The notes under the pieces are model-generated. The model ran no database searches. It had not been told where the DNA came from and saw only the letters and a program-made list of their open reading frames with translations. This document shows, piece after piece, positions 1-7,705 of a DNA stretch of 64,000 nucleotides (the stretch's first letter is position 1; each line of letters opens with the position of its first letter). The DNA comes from Roseateles sp. Lineage in GTDB: Bacteria > Pseudomonadota > Gammaproteobacteria > Burkholderiales > Burkholderiaceae_C. Made by a program: the position numbers and the translations under genes. The stretch is from positions 5,217,259 through 5,281,258 of the forward strand of contig NZ_JASGIV010000001.1 of NCBI RefSeq assembly GCF_047654805.1, read 5' to 3'.

Positions 1-126
1 GTGGAGGCGGTGGAGTCGGGCATCGATGCGCTGTCCGAGGCCGATGACTTCCATTCGGTGCTGGACATCGTGACAGCGCGCATGAGCGGCATCACGCCCC
101 TGCCCATCGTGGAGGAGAGGCCATGA
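1..126 (+). CDS. 3' end of a truncated hypothetical protein (gene starts left of the window)
   Basis: Frame 1 is open from the window edge to TGA at 124-126. G/C is preferred at codon position 3. I recognise no motif in the 41 visible residues (...SEADDFHSVLDIVTARMSGITPLPIVEERP). Confidence 0.5.
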   Translation: MEAVESGIDALSEADDFHSVLDIVTARMSGITPLPIVEERP

Positions 127-196
127 GCCCGGCACGAGCGCCCGAAGGGGTTCATTTCCGCTTGGAGGGGCAGGGCGCAGCGCGAAGGGAGCACCC

Positions 197-1489
197 ATGA
201 GCAGCCATGACATCTGGGCCGACGTGAGCACCCGGCTGGCACTCGACGAGGCGCCGAACCTGGTCAGCGCCTTGCCCATTGGTCAGCGCCGCCGGCGTGC
301 CGCTGCCCGCGATGCCGATGGCCGCGCCAAGGTCGAGCTGGTGCGTGACGAGGACGGCCTGCTGCGCTGGGTCTACTCGCCGCCGACCACGCCAGGCGGC
401 ACGGGGCGGCGGTCCTATCGGTCGATCCGCGTGGCGCCTGCCGACGTGGTGCAGAGCTTTCGCTTCAACGATTTCGGCGCCAACGCGGTCACCGACAAGC
501 TGATCGCGGCCGATGGCTGGCTGACGCCCGACCAACGCATGCAGCGCTGGCAGGACGGCCACCTGGTGGACGACGTCCAGCCCAGCATCGACAAGGGGCG
601 CGTTCTGCTGCTGGTGCATGGCACCTTCAGCAAGTCGCAGATGTGGTTCGACGAGCTGCAGGCAAGCGATGCCGGCAAGAAGCTGCTGGCCAGCTGGCAG
701 CAGAAGTACAGCGCCATCCTGGCCTTTGGCCACCCAACGCTGTCCGTGGCGGCCTGGTCCAACGCGCTGGACCTGCATCGCGCGCTGCTGAACGTGAGCG
801 CACCCATCGACGTGGTCTGCCACAGCCGTGGGGGCCTGGTGGTGGGCTGGCTGATGCGGCTGCGGGCCGTGCCGGTGGAGCGCGTGGTCTTCGTGGCGTC
901 GCCGCTGGTAGGCACCAGCCTGGCGGCGCCGGACAAGCTGCGCGCCGCGCTCGACATGATCGCCAGCTACGCCGATGCGGTGTCCAAGGTCAGCGCACAC
1001 GCCACGGGCATCGTGCCATTCGCCGAGGGCGTTTCGCTGCTGGCCAAGATCTTCGGCAAGGTGTTGCACCTGGGCAGCACCACGCCCATCGTCGACGCGG
1101 CGGTGGGGCTGGTGCCAGGGCTTGCGACGCAGCAATTGGTCAAGAACAACAGCGACGTGCGGCAGTTGTTTGCCGACCCCTGGCTCAGCACGCCCCAGAT
1201 GTCTGGCATTGGCGCGGCCTTCCAGCCCGACGAGAGCGCGCAGCCGATCTGGAAGTTCTGGAGGCGTTTCAGCCATATCGGCGACCAGATCAAGTACGGC
1301 GCAGCCGACATGGTGTTCCCCGGCCCCAATGACCTCGTGGTGGACGTGGACTCGATGTTCCGGCTGGGCGAGGGCGGCAACATCACGTTCGAGGCCCTGG
1401 GCGTGGGACCGACCACGCATCACACCAACTACTTTCGGGACGAGCGCGTGATCGGCTATCTGGGTGATCGGCTGTCGATCCAGAACTGA
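197..1489 (+). CDS. alpha/beta-hydrolase-fold protein with an uncharacterised ~130-aa N-terminal domain
   Basis: 430-aa ORF with GAAGGGAG 5 nt upstream of ATG197. The central region has LLLVHGTFS (oxyanion strand) and VVCHSRGG (GxSxG nucleophile elbow with first G->C). The N-terminal third has no motif I recognise. Confidence 0.8.
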   Translation: MSSHDIWADVSTRLALDEAPNLVSALPIGQRRRRAAARDADGRAKVELVRDEDGLLRWVYSPPTTPGGTGRRSYRSIRVAPADVVQSFRFNDFGANAVTDKLIAADGWLTPDQRMQRWQDGHLVDDVQPSIDKGRVLLLVHGTFSKSQMWFDELQASDAGKKLLASWQQKYSAILAFGHPTLSVAAWSNALDLHRALLNVSAPIDVVCHSRGGLVVGWLMRLRAVPVERVVFVASPLVGTSLAAPDKLRAALDMIASYADAVSKVSAHATGIVPFAEGVSLLAKIFGKVLHLGSTTPIVDAAVGLVPGLATQQLVKNNSDVRQLFADPWLSTPQMSGIGAAFQPDESAQPIWKFWRRFSHIGDQIKYGAADMVFPGPNDLVVDVDSMFRLGEGGNITFEALGVGPTTHHTNYFRDERVIGYLGDRLSIQN

Positions 1490-1507
1490 ACTCGCCGCTG
1501 TCGCAAT

Positions 1508-2131
1508 TCAAGGCGTCGCCAGCGACGCGAGCTGCCAGGCTGCGAATCCCGCGAGCAGCACCGCCGACCCGCGCCGTATCCAGCGCAGGTGTACTGCCTG
1601 CATGCGCTCGCGCAAGCGGCTCACCAAGCCCACCAGCACCAACCACCAGACCGCAGAGCCCAGGAAGACGCCGGCGATCATCCATGCTGGCGATGCCATC
1701 GTCAGGCCCGCAGCCAGCGACGAGAAAACCGCGATGAAGGACAGGATGGTTGCTGGGTTGGACAGCGTCAGCAAGAAGGTGCCGCCGAATGCATGCCAGC
1801 CCCTGACGCCGCCCTTGGCGGCGGCCGCCTGCCCGGCTTGTGCGCCATGCCAGGCGGTCCAGGCCAGCCACAACAGAAAGAGCGCTCCGCCCACCGCCAG
1901 CGGGGCGCGCGCCTCGGTCAGCAGCCGGATCACCGCCGTCACGCCGAAGGCACCGATCGCGCCGTAGAGGGCATCCGCGACGGCCGCGCCCAGGCCGGTG
2001 GCCAAGCCGACGCGCGCGCCATGGTCCAGCGTGCGCTGGATACATAGCAGGCCGATGGGGCCGACGGGTGCGGCAATGGACAGGCCGATCAGGGCCGATT
2101 TGAGGAGCAGGGGCAGGGGCGAAGCTTCCAT
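1508..2131 (-). CDS. LysE/ArgO-family amino-acid exporter
   Basis: 207 aa, polytopic and hydrophobic. The N-terminus (LIGLSIAAPVGPIGLLCIQRT) and the TLSNPATILSF motif are typical of LysE/RhtB translocators. It is divergent from an Lrp/AsnC regulator. Confidence 0.85.
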   Translation of the reverse strand: MEASPLPLLLKSALIGLSIAAPVGPIGLLCIQRTLDHGARVGLATGLGAAVADALYGAIGAFGVTAVIRLLTEARAPLAVGGALFLLWLAWTAWHGAQAGQAAAAKGGVRGWHAFGGTFLLTLSNPATILSFIAVFSSLAAGLTMASPAWMIAGVFLGSAVWWLVLVGLVSRLRERMQAVHLRWIRRGSAVLLAGFAAWQLASLATP

Positions 2132-2219
2132 GCCAGAAAGTCTATGCAGTAGAACCGCAACCTAGAATGCAGAATCTCAGGCAAGATAGATGAATTGTCT
2201 AAATATTTAAGGTGAATCA
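2132..2219. promoter_or_regulatory. AT-richer divergent promoter/operator region between the LysE exporter and the Lrp/AsnC regulator
   Basis: Local drop in GC. Direct repeat ATGCAGTAGAA / ATGCAGAATCT. AAGGTG lies 5 nt before GTG2220. No transcription start can be read from sequence alone. Confidence 0.35.
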
Positions 2220-2666
2220 GTGATTGGCATGGTGGATGAGAAGGCCTGGCGCATTCTGTCGGCGCTGCAGGAGGATGCTCGCGTGTCCCTGAAGACGCTG
2301 GCCGAGATCGCCGGGCTGTCACTGCCGGCCACGGCCGAACGGGTCCGGAAGATGGAGGCAGCCGGCCTCATCCGTGGGTATCACGCCGATATCGCGCCGG
2401 AAGCCCTAGGCTATGTCATCAAAGCCGTGGTGGCCATCACGACCCAGCATCCCTACAAGCAGAAGTTCATCGAGGTGCTGAGGGCCAAGCCGCAGGTGCT
2501 GGAGTGCCTGCACGTGACCGGGGCGGACTCCTGCCTGTTCACCGTGGTCGCGAAGGACATGCAGGACCTGGAGCAGTTCCTCGCCAGCATCAATCAGTAT
2601 GGCGAGACGCGCACATCCATCGTGATGTCATCGCAAATCCCGCGCCGTGGGGTGCAGCGGTTCTAG
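2220..2666 (+). CDS. Lrp/AsnC-family transcriptional regulator
   Basis: 148 aa. N-terminal HTH (WRILSALQEDARVSLKTLAEIAGLSLPATAERVRKMEAAGLI) plus a C-terminal RAM/AsnC_trans_reg-like half. The start is GTG2220, with ATG2229 as an alternative. Confidence 0.85.
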   Translation: MIGMVDEKAWRILSALQEDARVSLKTLAEIAGLSLPATAERVRKMEAAGLIRGYHADIAPEALGYVIKAVVAITTQHPYKQKFIEVLRAKPQVLECLHVTGADSCLFTVVAKDMQDLEQFLASINQYGETRTSIVMSSQIPRRGVQRF

Positions 2667-2678
2667 GAAGGCCGCGCG

Positions 2679-3701
2679 CTACTGCGCGACCAACTCCACG
2701 CGCCGGTTCCTCGCGCGCCCCGCCTCGTCTGCGTTGCCTGCCATGGGGGCCAAGCTGGCCAGCCCCCTGGGCACGAGCCGCTTCGCATCGACCTTGTAGG
2801 GCGCCGCGGTCAGCGACGCGACGACGGCCTGGGCGCGGGCGAGGCTGAGCTTCTCGTTGGCCTCGAAGCTGCCGACGTTGTCGGTGTGGCCGACGATCCA
2901 GGCCTTGAGCGCGGGCTGTGTCTTCAGCAACTCGGCCATCGCGTCGAGCTGGGGCCTGGATTCGGGCTTGAGCTCGGCCTTTCCGGTGTCAAAGAAGAGG
3001 CCGGTCAGCGTGACCCGTCCTTCCGCCGCCAGGCCGGCTTGCAGGCCAGCGGGGTCCACGCTGACCTGGCCGGTGGCCATGGCCCGGGGCTCGATGATCT
3101 GCAGGTAGGTGGCGACCAGCCCGGTGTTGGCATTGGCGGCAAGGGAGTTGTAGAGCAGCACCGTCGCCTCCTGGCCCGGCCGACCCAGCGTGCCGACCAG
3201 CATGCGCCCCTGGTCGTAGGTCAGGGCCGAGCTCAGGCTGTAGCGGCTGCCTGTGGGCGTTTCGATGGAACCCTGGGCCCAGGCGAAGCCCTTGGCGGGG
3301 TCGAGTTGGCGGGCCCAGGCGAAGTAGAGATCGCTGCAATCGCGTTCGCAGGCGAAACGCTTCTTGAAGCCGGCCTGGGCCAGCGCCTGCTCGTAGTTGC
3401 GCCACACCTCCAGTGCTGCCTTGCCGCGTGGTGCGATGTAGAGCAGCCGCGTGACCTTGCCTTCCAGCTCGACGAGGTCCTTGAACTTGTACCGGTCGGC
3501 CTTCTGCAGCTCGGGCGTTGCCGGCACGGTGGCGGAGTCCCATTCGGAGACACGCTGGCCCGCCAGCCAGGAGCCAGCGAAACGCCGGACGAGCGGATGG
3601 TCAGCTGCGCCGGCCACGTCGGCCTTGGGTTCTTCGGCCCGGGCGCTGGCGAGGCTCAGGGCGGCGACGATGGGAAGAAGGACGGCGCTGGCGTGGAGCA
3701 T
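2679..3701 (-). CDS. OmpA-family (OmpA_C-like peptidoglycan-binding) periplasmic protein
   Basis: The C-terminus (IVGHTDNVGSFEANEKLSLARAQAV...GRARNRRVELV) is the classical OmpA-like domain. I chose ATG3701 (MLHASAVLLPIVAALSLASARA signal peptide) rather than the track's upstream start at 3965. Confidence 0.8.
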   Translation of the reverse strand: MLHASAVLLPIVAALSLASARAEEPKADVAGAADHPLVRRFAGSWLAGQRVSEWDSATVPATPELQKADRYKFKDLVELEGKVTRLLYIAPRGKAALEVWRNYEQALAQAGFKKRFACERDCSDLYFAWARQLDPAKGFAWAQGSIETPTGSRYSLSSALTYDQGRMLVGTLGRPGQEATVLLYNSLAANANTGLVATYLQIIEPRAMATGQVSVDPAGLQAGLAAEGRVTLTGLFFDTGKAELKPESRPQLDAMAELLKTQPALKAWIVGHTDNVGSFEANEKLSLARAQAVVASLTAAPYKVDAKRLVPRGLASLAPMAGNADEAGRARNRRVELVAQ

Positions 3702-3805
3702 GAGGACGGCGTCTGTTGCAAAGGCACGATGTTGACGCAGCCAGTGCGCCCATCCGACGCACGGCCAGCCTGCAAATGTGGGAGCCGGAAGAGGCGACGC
3801 GGCGC

Positions 3806-4564
3806 TCAGCGCAGTTCGGGCTCGGGGCTGCGGTAGTGGTAGCGGTAGGCGAAGACGAAGCCCAGGCGCGCGTACAGCCGCTGTGCGATCGCGTTGTCGC
3901 TGCCGACCTGCAGATACGCCTGGCGCGCGCCCTGGCCATGGGCGAGGGCCAGCAGTGCTCGGCACAGGCGCTCGCCGTGGCCCTGGCGCGGCGCGGCCGA
4001 GGCGATGTCGTAGAGGCCAACGATGTCGCCGTCGACAACCATCTGGCCGCAGGCGAGCAACCGGTTGTCGGGGTCTTTCAGCGCGAAGCCCTGGTAGATG
4101 ACCGGCGCGTTGGCGATGCGCTCGGCGTGCGCGGCAATGGCGGTGTCGGATGAACCGCGCAGCGCACCGACCAGGGCCGCATAGGCGGATGCATCCAGGG
4201 CCTGGAGGGCGACTGGCGGGGCGGCGGGCGCGAGGGCGTGCAGCACCATCACGTCGGCGGCGTCGAAGGCGCCCCAGCCCCGGGCGGCGAGCAGCATGTC
4301 CAGGTCGGCCGGCTGGCTCCAGGGCGTCACGCGTACGGCCAGGGGCAGGCCGGCGGCGTCGTAGGCCTGCTGGCAGCGGGATAGCAGCTCGTCCAGCGGC
4401 AGCGAGCCCTGGCGCAGCGCGTTGATGCAGCGCGAGCGCTTGGCCTTGCCCGGCGACAGGCGGATCAGCCAGCCATCGATGTCAGCCTGCTGGGGTGGGG
4501 CGCTGGCGTCCAGTCCGGCCTGTTCGGCGCGCAGGGCGAGGGCCTGGAGGCGGGCGTCAGGCAT
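3806..4564 (-). CDS. GNAT-family N-acetyltransferase
   Basis: The C-terminal acetyl-CoA motif A (RQGHGERLCRALLALA) and ...AQRLYARLGF are GNAT hallmarks. ATG4564 overlaps the upstream GNAT stop by 8 nt. Confidence 0.7.
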   Translation of the reverse strand: MPDARLQALALRAEQAGLDASAPPQQADIDGWLIRLSPGKAKRSRCINALRQGSLPLDELLSRCQQAYDAAGLPLAVRVTPWSQPADLDMLLAARGWGAFDAADVMVLHALAPAAPPVALQALDASAYAALVGALRGSSDTAIAAHAERIANAPVIYQGFALKDPDNRLLACGQMVVDGDIVGLYDIASAAPRQGHGERLCRALLALAHGQGARQAYLQVGSDNAIAQRLYARLGFVFAYRYHYRSPEPELR

Positions 4565-5105
4565 CGCCGAGCAGGGCCGAGGGGCGGCGCCACACGCAGC
4601 GCCATACCGGGTGCTGCTGACCAGCGAGCGGCTCACTCAGCTGCCGGTCGCTGATCTCGGCACCCAGGCGCTCGTAGAAGCCCCGGGCGGCCCAGTTGAC
4701 GTCCAGCACCCAGAGATAGAGCGGGCGGGTGGAGCCTTCTCGCTGCAGTTGCGCTGCCACACCCTGCATCAGCCGACGGCCGATGCCGCCGCCCTTGAGA
4801 TCGGGGGCTACGTGCAGGTTGTCGATGTAGTCGCCCCAATCCGGGTCATGGTCGGGCATGACATAGGCGAAGCCCAGCAGGCGACCTGCTGAATCCTCCG
4901 CGATCAGGCCCCATTCGGCGCTGGCGGTGCCGGCCTGCAGGCGCGCGTGCCATGCCTGGCGGCGTTCGGCGGCGGCCTCATGGTCGAGGTACTGGTCCGT
5001 GAAGACACCACGGTAGGCACTGCGCCAGCTGGCAGCATGGAGGGCCGCGACGGCATCGGCGTCGGCCGGCGTCATTGGGCGGAGCGTGATGTCGGGCAGC
5101 GCCAT
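4557..5105 (-). CDS. GNAT-family N-acetyltransferase
   Basis: 182 aa. Motif A is HVAPDLKGGGIGRRLMQGV, followed by ARGFYERLG. Confidence 0.8.
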   Translation of the reverse strand: MALPDITLRPMTPADADAVAALHAASWRSAYRGVFTDQYLDHEAAAERRQAWHARLQAGTASAEWGLIAEDSAGRLLGFAYVMPDHDPDWGDYIDNLHVAPDLKGGGIGRRLMQGVAAQLQREGSTRPLYLWVLDVNWAARGFYERLGAEISDRQLSEPLAGQQHPVWRCVWRRPSALLGDA

Positions 5106-5111
5106 GGCGCG

Positions 5112-5888
5112 TCAGCGCATGGATTCGATCCGCCGCACCATCTCCTTGGCGAAGTCGACGAAGGCCTGCGCGCCCTTGGAGCTCGGATCGAAGACGACGC
5201 CGGGCAAGCCATAGCTGGGGGCCTCGGCCAGCCGCACGTTGCGCGGGATGACGGTGTCGAAGACCTTGTCGCCGAAATGGGACTTGAGCTGGTCGCTGAC
5301 CTGCTGCTGCAGCGTGATGCGCGGGTCGAACATGACGCGCAGCAGGCCGATGATCTCCAGGTCGCGGTTCAGGTTGGCGTGGATCTGCTTGATGGTGTTG
5401 ACCAGGTCGGTCAACCCTTCCAGTGCGAAGTACTCGCACTGCATGGGCACGATGACGCCGTGGGCGCTGCACAGACCGTTGAGTGTCAGCATGGACAGCG
5501 AGGGCGGGCAGTCGATCAGCACGAAGTCGTAGTCGGCGCCGGCCTGGGCCAGTGCCGACTTCAGGCGAGCCTCGCGGCGCTCCAGCTCCACGAGCTCGAC
5601 CTCGGCGCCGGCCAGTTCGCGGTTGGCGCCCAGCACGTCGTAACCGGCCTTCTCGGCGCGGGTCTTGGCCTCGGCGACGGTGGCTGACTCCAGCAGCACG
5701 TCATAGACCGTCATTTCCAGCTTGCGCTTGTCGATGCCCGAGCCCATGGTCGCGTTGCCCTGGGGATCCAGGTCGACGACGAGGACGCGCTGCCCGATCT
5801 GCGCCAGCCCGGCGGCGAGGTTGACGGTGGTGGTGGTCTTGCCAACGCCGCCCTTCTGGTTGGCGATACAGAAAATCTTGGATGCCAT
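5112..5888 (-). CDS. parA: ParA/Soj chromosome-partitioning ATPase
   Basis: 258 aa from ATG5888 (MASKIFCIANQKGGVGKTTTTVNLAAGLA, deviant Walker A). The remainder of the 410-aa track ORF runs through the neighbouring LysE gene in another frame. Confidence 0.92.
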   Translation of the reverse strand: MASKIFCIANQKGGVGKTTTTVNLAAGLAQIGQRVLVVDLDPQGNATMGSGIDKRKLEMTVYDVLLESATVAEAKTRAEKAGYDVLGANRELAGAEVELVELERREARLKSALAQAGADYDFVLIDCPPSLSMLTLNGLCSAHGVIVPMQCEYFALEGLTDLVNTIKQIHANLNRDLEIIGLLRVMFDPRITLQQQVSDQLKSHFGDKVFDTVIPRNVRLAEAPSYGLPGVVFDPSSKGAQAFVDFAKEMVRRIESMR

Positions 5889-5893
5889 GGGGT

Positions 5894-6508
5894 CTACCTG
5901 GACAGCGCCAGCCTGATGCCGAAGCCGAGCAGGCAGATGCCCGCGATCTTGTTGAGCAGGGTGGTGATCGAGGGCTTGGATCGCAGCCGCTCGGCGAGCT
6001 GATGGGTCAGCAGCACGGCCGCCAGGCCGTAGAGGAAAGTCAGCGCAGCGATGGTGGCGGCCATGGCGGCGAAGGTGGCCGTACCTTGGTGGCGGGCAGG
6101 GTCGACGAACAGCGGGAAGAAGGCCATGTAGAACACGATGGCCTTGGGGTTCAGCAGAGTGATGACCGCAGCCTGCCGGAAGTAGTGGCGGGGCTTGATG
6201 TCGAGCACCGGTCCTTGCCCCGGCTTGGCGGTCAGCATGCGCCAGCCCAGCCAGGCGAGGTAGGCAGCACCCGCCCACTGCACGGCGTTGAAGGCCGCCG
6301 GATAGGCCGCCAGCAGCGCCGCCACGCCCGCCACGGCCAACCACAGCAGCACCTGATCGCCAGCGATGATGCCGAAGGTGGCGGCCATGCCACCAGCGAT
6401 GCCGCCCTTGCTGGTGGAGGTGATCAGCGCCAGGTTGCCGGGGCCCGGAATGGCGAGAAACAGCACGATGGCGGCGACGAACGCGCCGTAGTCAGCGATG
6501 CCAAACAT
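5894..6508 (-). CDS. LysE/RhtB-family exporter
   Basis: 204 aa from ATG6508 (MFGIADYGAFVAAIVLFLAIPGPGNLALI...). The TLLNPKAIVFY motif is typical of RhtB/LysE. Confidence 0.85.
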   Translation of the reverse strand: MFGIADYGAFVAAIVLFLAIPGPGNLALITSTSKGGIAGGMAATFGIIAGDQVLLWLAVAGVAALLAAYPAAFNAVQWAGAAYLAWLGWRMLTAKPGQGPVLDIKPRHYFRQAAVITLLNPKAIVFYMAFFPLFVDPARHQGTATFAAMAATIAALTFLYGLAAVLLTHQLAERLRSKPSITTLLNKIAGICLLGFGIRLALSR

Positions 6509-6569
6509 AGGGGGCGGCAAGGGGAAGGGCAGCCAGTTTAAGCGACGCGCATCCAGCCAAGGTGGCGTG

Positions 6570-7202
6570 TTATCTCTGACGCATCCAGACCAGGCAGCGT
6601 TGAGCATCCAGGCCCGGGACGGTCAGTTGTTCCACGTGAAACACGTCCACGTCGGAGGGCAGGGCGGCGATCTCGTCGGCCGGATGCTGGCCCTTCATGG
6701 CCATCCAGGCCGCACCTTCGGCCAGGTGCTGGCGGGTCAGGCTGGTGAAGTCGAGCAACGAGGCGAAGGCGCGTGAGGTGATGACGCCGAAGGGCTCCGT
6801 CCCCAGGGCCTCGACGCGGCTGTGCACCCCGTGCAGATTGGGCAGCTTCAGTTCGGCGGCGACCTGCTGGATGAAGGTGGCCTTCTTGGCAACGGCATCC
6901 ACGCAGCTGACATCCGTATCCGGGCAGCAGATCGCGATGACCACGCCGGGCAGTCCGCCGCCAGCGCCGACGTCCATCAGGCGCGCGGGCGCACCGTGCC
7001 TGCGCAACGGCGCGATGACCGACAGGCTGTCGACCAGGTGGTGGCTCAGCATCTGCGCCGGATCACGCACGGCGGTCAGGTTGTAGACCTTGTTCCACTT
7101 TTGCAGCAGGGTCAGGTAGGCCAGCAGCTGCTCTTGCTGGTGCGGGCTGAGTTCAAGGCCCAGGGACGCCACGTCCTGGGCCAGTCGGTCTGCGAGGTTC
7201 AA
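6570..7202 (-). CDS. rsmG: 16S rRNA (guanine527-N7)-methyltransferase RsmG (GidB)
   Basis: SAM-binding MDVGAGGGLPGVVIAI and the conserved LLxKWNKVYNLTAV. There is no in-frame ATG near the expected N-terminus. TTG7202 gives 210 aa and overlaps the upstream stop (TTGA). The start is uncertain. Confidence 0.85.
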   Translation of the reverse strand: MNLADRLAQDVASLGLELSPHQQEQLLAYLTLLQKWNKVYNLTAVRDPAQMLSHHLVDSLSVIAPLRRHGAPARLMDVGAGGGLPGVVIAICCPDTDVSCVDAVAKKATFIQQVAAELKLPNLHGVHSRVEALGTEPFGVITSRAFASLLDFTSLTRQHLAEGAAWMAMKGQHPADEIAALPSDVDVFHVEQLTVPGLDAQRCLVWMRQR

Positions 7203-7705
7203 GCCAGCACCTCGGCCAGGGTCGTCAGTGGAATACCGGCCTCTCGAAGTTCGTGGTTCACGCGTTCGCGCACGGCGGCGGCGGTGAGGTTGTTCTGCGG
7301 CCAGGTATGGTGGGCGTCGGAAACCAGCGTCACCGGCAGGATGCGGCGCTGCCCGCCCAGGGCGGTGGCCTGGACACAGCAATCGCTCTGCAGCCCGGCG
7401 AGCAGGATGCGGTCGTGCCCGGCCAGCAGCTGGACGAGGGCGGCATTGCTGAAGGCATCCGCCTCCACCTTCACGATGCGTGGTTCGTCGGCGGCAGGCG
7501 CCAGCCGCGAGTCGATGGCGAAGCCGGCGCCGTCCATGGCACCGGCGGGTTCGTGGTGCTGCACCCACAACACAGACCAGCCTTGGGCTCGGGCATGGGC
7601 GACTGCACGCTGACAGGCAGCGATGAGTTCATCGCCATCGGGCATGGCCCAATCGCCGCTGAAGGCGCCTACCTGGGTGTCGATGATGACGAGGGCGGTG
7701 CTCAT
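7199..7705 (-). CDS. isochorismatase-family cysteine hydrolase
   Basis: 168 aa. It has LVIIDTQ (Asp), VKVEADAF (Lys) and [12 protein letters not shown] (catalytic Cys), the D-K-C triad pattern of isochorismatase-like hydrolases. Both junctions with mnmG and rsmG are 4-nt overlaps. Confidence 0.8.
   Translation of the reverse strand: MSTALVIIDTQVGAFSGDWAMPDGDELIAACQRAVAHARAQGWSVLWVQHHEPAGAMDGAGFAIDSRLAPAADEPRIVKVEADAFSNAALVQLLAGHDRILLAGLQSDCCVQATALGGQRRILPVTLVSDAHHTWPQNNLTAAAVRERVNHELREAGIPLTTLAEVLA

Noticed and set aside
152-1423. 423-aa ORF on the minus strand
   Set aside because: It is fully antisense to the 197-1489 hydrolase gene. Its composition is Arg/Ala/Gly/His/Gln-rich and shadow-like, with no motifs. 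The plus-strand frame has the GC3 bias, an SD sequence and hydrolase motifs.
5889-6344. N-terminal extension of the parA ORF (410-aa version)
   Set aside because: The extension runs through the LysE-family gene in a different frame. ParA homologues begin at the MASKIFCIANQKGG... position.
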